Shown here in pieces: positions 14,160 to 27,569 of a stretch of 64,000 nt of DNA (its first letter is position 1; each line of letters starts with the position of its first letter). This DNA is from Auanema rhodensis (Eukaryota; Animalia; Nematoda). The position numbers and the translations under genes were made by a program. Location: NCBI GenBank assembly GCA_964057225.1, contig OZ059898.1:12524001-12588000 (forward strand), in the 5' to 3' direction. The notes beneath the pieces were generated by a model. It was not told the origin of the DNA. It did not search any database and saw only the letters and a list, made by a program, of their open reading frames with translations.

Positions 14160-15060
14160 CTTGTAGTTCTCGCTTTTTCTCGACTCTTGAGCCCGCGGTT
14201 TGGTAGGAATGTTTCTTGGAGGTTACATACCTTTATGATCTTGACGGCAGTTCATTCAATTTCCGCATGCTTCACGTTGATAACATCTATTGGGTGCGTT
14301 TGGTTATCGATTACATCATCCTACGTACAAGAATCTGAACGATATTGTCTCAGAACTCTGATAAGAACCATGAATTCTGATGAACGTTCTTTGCTGTTCA
14401 CGTGTCTCCCACTAGAATAGTCGTAAGATGACCGCTTCTGATCGTCATAGCGCAAGTTTTTTTTGAAGAGAAACTTATCAATTCCATTGAGCTAATGTGA
14501 AGAAGTGGAAGAACTTCTGCACCTTACTAAGTATGTGAAAACATAACAACACGAAGATTAAGATGTACTGTTGACAACCCAATTCACACCAAAACATTTG
14601 TGCACTATGGGAGCAATAGCCATTGACTTCATAGGTATTTCGAAAATTATTCCCTTTTTTCGATTTGTCTCTCACTTTAGCTTGCTATATCACTTTTTTT
14701 CTTTATTTCTCTATTAATATAGTTGATCATTCGGTATATGCCTATTACTTCATCATCTCTATCTTTCTGCCTCTCCACCTGTACCAAGCGAACTTGGTGG
14801 AAGATGATGAATTGGCGATGGGTTTACGATGGTCTACGTGAGTCCTGTGGGATATCCCCTCTCTAGAGTAGGCTAGTTTCGTGATCACATGGTGTGGTTG
14901 ACGTTTACGGTTATGTCCCTTCCTGATATGCATGATAGGCTATTATGACCTGAAACAGATGGTTCTAGGCGATGTCATCTACGGAAATCTTGGTGGACCC
15001 TCCTGATTGAGATATCGCCTCTCAGCAAGTATTCGTTCTCGTTGGGGAGTCATCAATGAT
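14160..15060 (-). mobile_element. Possible degraded non-LTR retrotransposon (RT) relic
   Basis: Minus strand near 14590-14660 reads KKGN...(frameshift)SMAIAPIVHKCF, resembling the KKG...YRPI-x-L-x-x-x-YK-x-F LINE RT motif. Frames are broken and boundaries are approximate. Confidence 0.3.
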
Positions 15061-15501
15061 CACAAGATAACGTTGTCAAGAATAATTATAAAACATTGCA
15101 TTTATAAAAGTAAAACATTGAGATCATCTAGGGGATTTCTAAAGTCAGGTCTAAATAATTAGTATGTGGGCTGTAAATCTTAATAAAAACCTTGAAGTTA
15201 TTGTGAAAGCTGACTTTTAGAGTTTGTATTTTTAATTTTCAATTCTTTGAATGTGATTTCGAACACTTGAAGAACAGCAGCAGAGAAGGAACAGATGAAA
15301 AGATTCATTAAGGCACTTCCTTGATACAATGAAAAGATAATCGGCGAAACTTTTCTTTGGTTAGAAATCTAAAAAGAACTTTACATTTATATTTGTAATC
15401 GAATTCAAAAAATCAGTAATTATGATGAGATATTGATAGGAAAACGTTTTTTTCTTTTTTATTTTCTCGAAAAAGTACATGTTTCAAATTTCAGAACAAC
15501 G

Positions 15502-16198
15502 ATGTCTGTTCGCAAGGCAACTGAAGCTGATGCTCCTATTATCATGGGAATGATAAGAGTAAACTCTGTTTTTTTAAAAATCCTCAGTTCAAAGGATTAA
15601 TATTTAGGAATTAGCTGACTTTGAGAAAATGCCAGAGTGTGTTGAAATTACTGAAGAGAAGCTTTCTATTGACTTGAAGAACGAAGCTTGTTGTGGACTT
15701 TTGGCCTTTGATGGTGAAGTTCCAGCTGGAATGGTTCTTTATTACTATGCTTACTCAACTTGGCAGGGCCAGGTTAGTTGTGCTAGTCAAACGACAATTG
15801 TAAAACAATTAATATACCTTTAAAGTACATTCACATGGAAGATCTGTATGTCAAACAAGATTTCCGTAGAAAAGGATTCGGAAACCGTCTTTGGATTGAA
15901 CTTGGCAAGGTAAATGAATGATGGTTTCATTGATTTTCATAGAAATTTTATATTTAAGATAGCAAAAGAGCGAGGATGCAAGAGATTGCAATGGAACGTT
16001 CTCAACTGGAACAAATCAGCCATTGAATTTTACAAAACGGTATTGCTTCTCATTACTCAAATAGCGTTTCACATATACCATTACCTATTATAGGCACCAG
16101 TTATTGATCTTACAACATCAGAAGGATGGTTAACTTATCGTTTAGATGACAAAGGAATTGCCCATTTGGCTGACAGAAATACACCTGCTTCTGCATGA
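15502..16198 (+). CDS. GNAT-family diamine/thialysine N-acetyltransferase (SSAT/SAT2-like)
   Basis: TTTCAG at 15489-15494, then five exons: 15502-15558, 15608-15772, 15826-15909, 15959-16039, 16094-16198. Motifs ELADFEKM, YYYAYSTWQGQYIHMEDLYV, FRRKGFG (acetyl-CoA motif A) and WNVLNWNKSAIEFY. AATAAA at about 16249. Confidence 0.92.
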
Positions 16199-16382
16199 TT
16201 TGTATTTTGAATTTGTGTTTACTATAGGTTTTGTTCTTATGTTCAAAGAATAAATAATGACAGAAATGTAATGTTAAACACAAAAAAATGAGGATTTATT
16301 TGGAAAATTCTATTATTTCTATAGATAATCTGATAAAGGTGACCCGTTGGACGAACATAACCGTAGATGCTTGAGGCGCTAG

Positions 16383-19300
16383 TCAGTGAAGTCTACTACT
16401 ATTCCTATTTTGCAATTGCAAGACTTCAAGGCTTTGCTTAATATTTGTTAATCGATCATCAAGTTTCAATGCTTTTGCATAATGAAGTTCTGCCAAATGC
16501 ATTTTTCTCCATTTCTGGTACAAAATACCTAAAAACAGAGATTAGATATGTAATATGGTAGTCCAGCAAACCTAAGTTCGCATGATATAATGCTATGGAG
16601 TTGTTAATACGAATAGCTTGTTGGAATTCGATTTCAGCTTTCTCAAAATGACCGCGTTGAGCATAGCATGAACCAAGTTGTGACCGTATCGAAGATATAG
16701 AGCCACCGTACTCCAAAGCTCTTGGAGCCAGAGCTATTACTGTATCGCAATCATTCAGCTCATCAAGAACAATCAGAAGGTTGGTCCAAGAACGAACATG
16801 ATTTGAATAAATGCTGAAATGTAAGATTTACAATTAATTTTCGTACAAATCAATTATGATGGCGTGTATAGGTCACGTAAATATTAGTTCACGTGAATTA
16901 CACATGCTATTTTTTCTTGAAAGTTCGCTTGAAGCGGTTGTGTCTGGTTTTATTAAATATAAAAATATAATATTTTCAAACTAAACTATCAGTACAGTTT
17001 TATACTTAAGTTAAATCAGATGAAATATATTGATAGTACCTGGTAGCATTTAACCAACTCGATTTAGCATCTTCTAGACGGTGCATACGTCTGTATAGAT
17101 TTCCCAGGTTGTAAAAACAATCAGCTGATAATGGTCGAATTTTTAAAGAGTTTTTAAAGCAGTTTTCTGATTCCTATAACAATTCAACTTGTTATAAACA
17201 TGTTTTAGACTTTTGCAGCACCTCCAATTTATCATTCTTCATCAAAGTTATGCCTAAATTCATCCAAGCTGTAGCAAACGATGGTTGTATCTGAACAGCG
17301 CGACGCAGTAGGTTTTCAGCCTCTTGATTTTGTCCCCTTTTCTCCAAAATATTTGCCAAATTATTCAGAGCATGTTCATATGATGGGTTAAGTCTAAAAT
17401 AAACTTTAATTTTGAAAGCAATACCCTTGAATCAAACCTAATAGCCTCCCAATAATTTTGCTCAGCCTGGTGTATGGCTCCGTTTTCACCAAGAACTTTA
17501 GCCAAGTTATAATGAATTTTAGCATTATTTGGACAAATATTTAAACCACTAGAATATAATGATAATTCAGTTGACCATTCTTTTCCTCTCTGCAAATAAA
17601 AAAATATAGAATAGAAGAAGAGTTTCTTTTACGAGTGTATTACCTGATAGCATTGAGCTATTGCTAAGCCAGTAACTATGAGTATTGGTAAATTATTAAT
17701 TTTTCCTGTTTTCTTGAGAATATTATAGAATATGGATAGCAGAATGGAATATCCAACTGATGGTAAATATAAAACTCTTTCAGCAACAGTAAAACCAACA
17801 GTCACAAGTAAATTGCTAGCAGGTAAGAATGAAGCAATTCCTATTACTATAGCAATTCCATATAATCTTAAACAGGCCAAGAATTATTTTAAGAAAAACA
17901 AATGAAATAAAGAACTTACTTTTTATATTCTTTTGGAATATTTCTATATACGAAGATACATCCCAATCCTATGAATAGGAGGAATGGCACAGAGAAAACC
18001 TTAGGATCAGTAATGCTTGTGATTAGTGGTATACATCCCATGGAATAATCAAAGCAAAGAAAAATTGGAAAAACCATCAAGTATATATGATATAACCATA
18101 TATAGAAGTAGTTTAATGTCTAAAAGAAAGAAACAGTCTTCAAGTCAACTGAGCAAAACATACTCTATGAACTGGATTTGAAAGAAATGCTGCAGCATTA
18201 TCAAATTGGGTAAAACGTGGATTCGTATAATTATTGATGTGTAGCCGAAGCCAGATGAAGCATACAGATGTTACTAGAAGTTGAACTCCAATGGGCTTTA
18301 CTTTCTGTTTTCGATAAGCTAATCCAATAAACAGAGAAACGATCTGAATATTATGATTTATCTGTTATTCGTTAAGAAAATGAATAAACTAACAAGAATA
18401 GAAATTCCCTGTTCTTTGCTGAATAACGATAAGCCAATTAGAATTGTATATACTATGCTTGATACTGATGTTTGACCCATTTCATCAATTTTCTTTGAAA
18501 ATACATAGAGAGCTAATAATCCAAAATATGCTGATAATAGCTCAGCTCGACCAGTTATATTGGCTATCTATAATTATTATTTGATGTCAAAAATTTGAAA
18601 CAAGAGAAAACATACGGCTTCTGAATGAACTGGATGAATAGCAAATGATAGAGCTGTTGGAAAAGCGATTGAAGATGAATTTCCTTTTTGCCATAGCTTC
18701 ATACAGAAATATAGTTGAAGAACAACCAATAAATGTAGAATTATATTAACAAGATGATATCCAAATGTGGAATTTCCATGAATTTTCCAATTTAACCTAA
18801 ACAATCAAATAATTATTTATGGAAATACATAAGAATTGATGACATCATTTGAAGTTTAAAGCGGAAAGTTTAAAATTCAACAAATCCCAAAATTATATTT
18901 TCGATTTAAAAGCAAATAATAAGTTGAAAATGAAATAAATCTTATGAATTGCGTTCGGAGAATATAGTCTTTAGCCCTCATTCAGATTACCGCATAAGGA
19001 TATGTAGTCATATTAGCTTGTTAGAATTCATAATTATAAGTTAGTATACGGTAAGATGGATGTCCTGCTGAGCTTTGGCAGATGATTTCCTTCTATAGCC
19101 TTGAGGATTACACAAATTAGCACCTTTTCACGAGGCATAATTATATAAATATATGGACAGATTGTCATGTAAATTTGGCAATAATCCAGACATCTTTCCT
19201 ATTTTGTCGTAATTTCGAAGTTTTAGCCATGTATGGTAGCATAATTTTCTTTGCATTCGACCCCACCATTTGCAATATTTTTATCCAATGGTCATAGGGC

Positions 19301-22300
19301 TAGTCAGCCTAGTTTGGCAATCATCTAGTAAACATTTTTCAGCCTTGGGCAATTGAACTCATCACCAACTTATTCTCGCCTATCCTCATCCTCCGGGACC
19401 AATTTACAATCAACAGCTCATCCATCGCTTAGAATCGTATTTCATCAACAAATGTGCATAGGATATGTCTACTTTTGTGTAAAATTATTCCCTTGAGTCA
19501 TGATTTCCATGTGTACATCATTGCTACACGTGTTACTATTTCCCAAGATATACTGCTAATCTATCGATGATAGGCTATATAGAAGCTGAAAGATAAACTG
19601 AGTATTTACAGCTAATTGGAATTAATTGCTATCTACTGTACCCAGATGCTGTAGCTTAGAAGTCCACGTATCGTTTTCAGTCTTATCCTTTTTCCGTGCC
19701 AATCATCCCTCTCTAATCAACCATTTGTTCCGCCGTTCATTTGGCCTCCAGAAGGTTAGCAACGTAATTGCAGTAATTCTGATTTTTTCAATTGATGATT
19801 TATGAGATTCACTAGGAACCTGTCAGTTCCACAGCATTTTCATCTATTTTTCGTCCGTTTCTGATGATTTTCAAAATATTAATATACCTTTAAACTATAT
19901 ATAAAAAGCGGAACGAGTGACGAGAATCGTTAGAATGAATAGTCTGACGACATCTGCTACTGTCAGCTCGTTTCTAGCCAGCATATCGCCTCAACACTAT
20001 ATGTCCAGCTGGTGACGTCAGAGCAATACTGAACGTTACTGTCCAGATGTTTCCAGATTCTCACACCCTATGCACACCAATCGGCAAAAAACGATTTGAA
20101 CTCGATTATAAAGATTACTACATCTTGAATGAAAAATTCTAGTTCAATTGCATATGGAGATAGCTCTATAAGCTGAAGCTTTTCCGGCTGTAATACGACA
20201 CATCCGCAATCATATAAGCCTAGACTTTTGAGCTGAGAAAATCCAGAAGCTGACCGACCATGGTCATCTGTGCAAACAAAACGTGCTGAACGACCATTAA
20301 TGGTTATTTTATTCCGTCATCAGATCATTTTGACGGCTGTTGTCGGTCCTTCATTTAACTAAATATAGAAAGCTATGATGAATGTTTGCTCAGCACGATG
20401 TAGGTACTAGGTTAGAGTTGAAATCGAATGTGATATATCCTTTGCTCTTTTCCCCTTATGGCTTCAACCATTCCGCTATCTTGAGTTACAGCATCTAGGA
20501 ATATGTTCTGACAGATTTTCTGCGAAAACAGCCTTACTAGCATGATGTCGGTAGCTTTATCGCTTGTCAACTGCTTGTCATGATTCATTTCCATATCGTT
20601 TGATGTCCTTCTGTTCATTTAATTAGAAAAATAGATGAAGATCCAGACATATTCGTCTTCAAATTCAAAAATTCATCAGCTTCTTCTTCGCATGAACCAT
20701 TACATAAGTCCCAGCCCGTCTACTCAAAACAGATAGATAGACAGACTGATTTAGATCCAGTGAGGTCAATATAATTCCTTTTCGTTACCTAATTTTAATA
20801 TCAATGATGATGAGCAGTTCTCTTTCATACTCAGGCTCACTCTCTTGAGTTGCTCATCTGTCAGACTATCTAAGCCAATTAGTCATCATGAGAAGGCCAA
20901 TGGTCCTAATGAAGGATTACGATAGCAATTACATATATTGCTTTCGATCTTCTTTCAATTCCTGTTCAATAAACTATGCTTATTGTGGAATCTTGACTCA
21001 TCTTTTCAGAATCTGCATATATTGCTTCTGAACAAGGGCTTATAAGGGTGGCTTGATCAAGCTAATAATGCTTTCCATTTTAGCTTTCTCATTCAAATTG
21101 AAACAGAAAGAAGAAACAGTGAGCGTTTCATCGCTATTGAAGTATAGTCAACTATACTAACTATATTGCATAATTTGTTATAAAATTCAAGATGCGGTAA
21201 AACAGTTCAAAAAGAAGGAGACGCTTTGTAACATCTGGCTATGTTAATAATTAAATATTCTTATTGGCCTGAGGGGTGGTGAAATAATTGTGTGGTACAA
21301 GCTTTAGGATGTTATGTGTTTCTTAAGTGTTTTCGAGTTATTCCCTCCAAACGAATAACTGACCGAACGCAAGACAGAGAAAAGAGATGGTCAAAAGATA
21401 TATCAAGAGAAAAGATGAATAAATGAGAGTACAAAACATGAAGGAAGAGAGATAGAAAGAGAGAGAGAGAAAGAGAGAGATATAGGGAAGGAAAACAAAA
21501 AGAAGATGAGGAAGAACGACTACCGCGTAGGACGGAAGAAGATGCGCATAGAATTGGTACTTGTTTATTGCTCTGGATCTTGACAGCTGCTTTGAAAGGT
21601 CAACAGCAGCTTCATGAAAAGTCGGAGATCAACTTCATCATGATCCATTTTTAGTGTTACTAAGCATATCGTTCGAGATACTCAGTGCTAGCTCAACCTA
21701 TAACAACAGTTTTCAAGAATTTAGTGAGAGTCTCTATACTAATGCGAGTGAAGTAACATCGAAAAGTACAGCTAATTGAACCTGACAACTTAGAACTAAT
21801 AGCTTAATCTGAACTTAAAAGCCTGCTAAAGTTGTAAATACATGTCTCCTTGACTTGTATACTAGCACAAGTATCAGTCAGGCATAAGCAAGACATCAAA
21901 GAGAGAAACGATTGAAGGACATGTGCATTTTCCTTCCTTTAAGGCCGTTTAATCGATCTCACCGACACTTGTCGAAATGAATCAACCATAGTAGATTGCT
22001 AATTATACCTGTGAGACTTGTCTAATCTGAATAAATAAATGTATATTTTTGAGCTGCTGACCCTTCATTTGCATAACCGTAATTCTTCAAAAATTACGTG
22101 ACCTATGACGTGATGACGTGGGCGTCTGCCAATGAAACAAACAGGAAATTATTTTATCTGACTATGTACATTGAGCGGTTGTTATTTCCACAATTCAAAT
22201 ATCTCTATCTGGAAGCTTTACACTCAGTTCATGTTGAAATGAATGATGTTAATGGTTCTGCCTTTTCAGCTTCAAAGCATTGAAACACATCTCTCTCAGA

Positions 22301-23027
22301 AGTTTTTCAATGAACCATGCCTCATGATATTTATTTTTGCATAAATCAAAATCGAATAGTCTAAATTGAGATCTCCGTCAGCCAATTCAAAATTGAAGTA
22401 TTATTTAAAAGCGCTTCTGATTGGGTAGGCTTGCCGAAGATATACGACCGACCTGATGGCTTGAAATGCGCCAGACGGCTAGTACCAGAAGGAACTGACG
22501 ATCCTATCTCTTTTCTACCCCAAAATTTTACCGAAATTTAATCAATAAGAGAACGACAAAAAGTTTTTTCAAAATAATACACACAGAAACTAACCAAAAT
22601 GTAAACGTAGTTACAGGTCGAAAGCTCTTGTGACTATTTGGTGAGGCTACATGCCGTCGACCCCAGAAGTCTCGTGAAAATATCTGACAAATTCATAACA
22701 AATAGTTATTGTCTAGATAAATTTCAAATCAAACCTGATTAAGAGGCACATCGCCAGTCACAATAGGATTATTCGTTACAGATTCTATGTCATCAAATAC
22801 AAAATCACCCGATAATGAAGAAATGAATGGCAGTACAGATAAAATTACTAGACAGATAATATGTGGAATTGAGAATTTTCCTGGAAAATGATTTGAAATA
22901 TTTGAAATTTAAAGTAAATCCGAATGACATTTACATCATGCAATACTACAATTAAAATTCCATATAACTAACCTGGTGCATCATGATGATGCTGATGATG
23001 GCTAGCTTGTACATCTGCTCTTTTCAT
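16383..23027 (-). CDS. TMTC4: TMTC-family protein O-mannosyltransferase with TPR repeats (TMTC4-like)
   Basis: Exons give GDFVFDD, RDFWG...SHKSFRPVTTFTF, HPVHSEAV, FLPASNLLVTVGFTVAERVLYLPSVG and CPNNAKIHYNLAKVL, followed by TPRs ending LYHANLGILYQKW...RLH*. A ~3.8 kb intron spans about 18797-22594. Confidence 0.92.
16873..16940 (+). other. Bipartite element, copy 2 (TMTC4 intron, antisense to host)
   Basis: TCACGTA, TTCACGTGA, CACATG, T-run, TTGAAagttcgctTGAAGCGGTTG. Confidence 0.7.
22095..22181 (+). other. Bipartite element, copy 3 (large TMTC4 intron)
   Basis: TACGTG, GACGTG, GACGTG, spacer, TGActatgtacatTGAGCGGTTG. Confidence 0.65.
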
Positions 23028-24791
23028 AATGACGTCATTCAGAAGAATATATATGAATACTGTAAGGTTATAAGTGAGAGAAAAGAAAAAAAAAGAAGAG
23101 TATGAAGTTGTAAAGAAAGATAAATATAAATGAATAAAGAAATAAATCTAGAAAACATGAATAAGAGGATTAGCCTTCTCCATCTCATCAGCTGGCGTTG
23201 GTGATGGTGGCCAGCTAGCCTTCCTGAATTCTTGTGCGACCTGTGCTCATCCCTCATCTACTCGTTTTCTCTCTCTCCCTGTTTGGGCAAGCACCTCTGC
23301 ACTCGTAACACACGTTCCTGCTCAACACACACAGTCATTGAGCCTTCCTAATCCTCTCTACTGGCTCAATCGCATTCTCAATAATTCCTTTTCTATCTAT
23401 GTATATAAGGAATTAAGGAAATCTACTGAATATTCATAAGTAATTACTTCATAAGGTGCTCAACAGCTGATATAGGTTCAAGATTTGATGTATTCATATT
23501 TCATTATATCCAGATTAATATATCATATAAATCTTAATTATATGTACATATAGTAAATGATATATTTCTGCTAAAAAATATTATTTGTCTTACTTTTTCA
23601 ATAAAATTTGAAAATAATATGTTAACTAATTGACAAATCTATAGGAATATACTTGAATAAGTAGTCAAATGAGATATGACATGTTCATTCAGCCAATTGA
23701 ATAGTTGAAAAACTAGATTAGTAAAAATGCCTAAATAATCCCAAAATTTAACTTTTGCCATAACGTCCAACCAAATCATGAAATAGAAGACATTCTCAAG
23801 ATTTTCTGGATTAAAAGTCAAAGAAAATTGAGTTTAGTGCTTGGAAAGAACTGAGAAGTACTGATCGGGCTGTGTCTTGTCCGAGAAAAAAATGGGTCGG
23901 AAAGCTTAAGAGGGCCTAATGTAGTTAATTCACAGAAAGCTTCAAGCAAATGTAGAATAAAAACTTATGGACGTTTGAAAGTTTTAAGATATTTCAATAT
24001 AGCCTTCCTTTAGTTCAAAATATGCCAAATGAGGAGAAAATTGTCCGTAAAATATAGCCTAGTTTATAGGAGATGATGAGGCAAGTATACGAGAGAGAGA
24101 GAGGCCCGGTTAGGGTAAAGAGGAAAAGAGTGTCAAGCTTGGTTGCTATTCGTTCGTTCAGATTGTTATGTAATACTTCTCGCATTGCAATATTCATAAT
24201 TTTCATAAATTGCTCTATGTTCAACCTTATACTTGAGATTTCGGGCATATACCAAACGAAACAGGAATTTTTGAAACAAAAAAGAACATCAACAAGCTTA
24301 AACATCATTAGTACAAACATAGGAACGTTGACGGAAAAAAGTTTTGAGACATTTGAAGATAGAAATGTGAGAGAAAATCGTTCAAAATTTGAAGAAGAGG
24401 TTAGAGTTGAAGGCAGATATCCTCTCCTCTTCCATCAATCCCTCAACGAACAGTGTGAGAAGTGGGCGTGGTCATTTCTTTGCAGTCTCCACCCTAATAC
24501 TGGACAATCTGAGAGAAATCCATAGGAATCAGAGAAGATTTCAGAGGAACATAATTTAGAATTATAAGTTAATTTATGAATAATATAGTTAACAATACAA
24601 TAAGAAAAGAATAATTTCTATTACTAATTATTATATAAAATACAACATGAAATAAGATAAATGGAATATAAATTACAACGATGAACAAAAAATATGAAAA
24701 CCTAAAATTATATTTATAAATCAAATGCTATTAACTATATGTTATCAATTGAAAAATTAAGTAATTAAACGGGAGGGTAATCTGAAAATTG

Positions 24792-24803
<12 letters not shown>

Positions 24804-24856
<53 letters not shown>
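24804..24856. repeat. (GA)n microsatellite
   Basis: Directly visible. Confidence 0.95.
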
Positions 24857-24859
<3 letters not shown>

Positions 24860-27569
24860 ATGGAAACATGGAAGATGAAGACAAAGCAGAACATGCCCAT
24901 GCGATATATGGTGAACAGTGGCTGTCATCTTAATTAGGTTAGATTGAGGATAGAACATAACAATTACTTGATTTAATTCAATGTTCTAGTAGTTGTAAGA
25001 CACTTTAACAACAAATTGATAGTTAGATTCATCATTCTTATTATATAATCCTCATAGATGTATCTTCATATGATGAGACTTTATGAAGAAGTATATATGA
25101 ATCAACTAACAACTACCAGATCGAAAGCCAGAAACGGATTGTGATCAGAAACTCAGTATATCAGTTAAAAACATTGTTTTTACTATACTAACTGATATAT
25201 AGAATATGAAACATTTAAAAATAATAAAGTAAAAAGGAAATAAGTTGGTTTATAATCTTAGTGTATGGCCTTATGAATATGGCCAGATATCATGAGATCA
25301 TGGTTGATTTGAACTTTCCCAAGCCTGTAGATCGGAAAAATGTTTTGATCTACAATCTAAACTATTTTTTTTATTTGAAAATATAATTTGATTTTTATTT
25401 TTTTTCTACTATATCTTGATATAAGTATCATATACTATATAGATAATCATATGGAATAGCTGGTGTATCATGATGTTTCAGGTCAAGAAGGGTTATAACA
25501 CTTCATGTTAAATGCTTCAATACAAAAGAACTTGAAAAATATAAAAAGTGCTGTTCATTATAGAATAAAGATTCAAATAATAAATATTCTTCTTATTCCA
25601 TCTTTTATGGATTTATGGTACTTCAAGCGACTAAACATCTGGTGAACGGTTAAGCATCTATGCGCGAATCGTCAAAACATATAATCCAGAACTTTAATTT
25701 GAGCAATTAAGCTTAATCTTGATTTATTAATTTGTTTAAACCATATACTTATTGATTAAATGATAACATACTATTTTCTAGTTGAAAGACGAGAAGAGCG
25801 GTTGTATTTGAATAAATGAAAACACGAGCAAGATTGAATTAGTTTAGATATTCCAAAAAAAATTATTTCTCCTTTCCATATTTTAAGCTTTTTTCTTGAA
25901 TATCCGATTCCATAAAACTTGATTTTAATCATGGTAAAAAGCATAACGAATAACGGTTCGAAATTGTGAAAGGTGCGAATCTGATTGTCAATGACACATA
26001 TAACCTTCAGATTTGGTCATCTTAATGTAATGTGGCTCATATATCTCCAAATATATTTGAGAAAAAACTTTAATATTAATTTTTTTAAAATCAAAAACGA
26101 ATCTTTAAATTCTTCGAAGACAAATTAAAAACTAATATTGGAGTTATGTGACTGACCGGAAAAAAGAAGAGAAGTTATTGGACAAATGAAATAAGATATG
26201 AAAGGAGTAAAGTTTTATTCAAGTTTTTTTCGGCTAATATTTACTATATAATTTGCATATTTTTAATAAAACATAGGACAAGTCTTTAATTGGTTCTACA
26301 TGCTGAGAAGTCCTTGAACAGTTCCTTTGTTCATCACAAACTCCTTTACTGTTCGAAAAGATATTCTTCCTTTGTTGTCAACTTGACCTTTCCTGGATGA
26401 CAAACGCTGTGCAAATATCCGGCAAATATTCGTTTTGAGATAAAATGAACGAGAAAAAAAAGTTTTTTTTTAATGTTAAATAAATGTTTTATTGATTAAT
26501 AAAATATTTAAATAAATTAATAAAATGATTTATAAATATATTTTAAATGATTAAGATGTATATGTAATTGTTTTCAGAACAATTAATTATTTGTATTGGT
26601 TTTGAGACAAAAACATTTCATTTTCTCTATTTAATCATTTTATTTATTAATTTTTCAAAATATTTAGTAAATAACAGTTTGAAGTATATCATCAATATTG
26701 AATCAAATACAAGAATGAACGATTGACCATACATAGAATGAGAAGAGCACAAGGCTTGCCGCTTATTCAATATGAGATGAAATCTATTTATCTCTCCTAT
26801 GTCTTCTTCTCAATCTGTTTTGTTAGTTCATCTGCTATCATAGTCAGTAGGATCATGAATGAGTATTAGAGAAAACAAGAGGAAAACGGTGACGATTCAT
26901 AGCATTAGATTGAGTCTGTTCATATCTACTACTATCTACTATATTTTTCTGTCGCATTTGCTATTTTTATTCGAAATACTATATAATCTAATCTAATATT
27001 ATTCTTATTCGTCATGAATACATAAGGTTAAGTTTTAAATTTGCTTTAATTTTTATATAATTATGTGTGTATCTTCTTCAATCCCTCCATATATTGGCAG
27101 CTTTTCCTGGTTAAGCTTATGAAAAACTAAAAAATATTATGAAACTCTGAAAGAGCTGTTCAAGAAATTTCTGTATGCTATTGTTCCAAGCTTAGATGTG
27201 AATCTCAACATCTCAAATTTCATCCACTAAATCAGATGTTGACGAATTCTGTTTTTTTTCTCTTGTCCATCTCATCTGCCCTCGAGGCGCAAACATCTCT
27301 GTCCGGTACTGAGCATTACAAGAAAAGATGATAGAAAATGCTTATTCAAGAGATTAAAATTTCGGTGAGAACGTTGAAGACATTGAGAGAGAATATAGCG
27401 AGTGCGGGAGCAGAAGAAGTGAAGATTGAATGAAAACCAAGCAGAATCATGTCTAGTACACGGGAGATGCACTCCAGATTTTGATTCTATAAGTCCATCA
27501 TCAGTCTTTATCTAAGTTTGTGATTCTGGTCGTCTTCGATCACCAGATTTCACAATAACAAGCCGAAGG

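Noticed and set aside
18950-21200. Possible nested gene or LINE relic in the large TMTC4 intron
   Set aside because: Only faint resemblance to a LINE C-terminus near 19370-19460 and no sustained frame.
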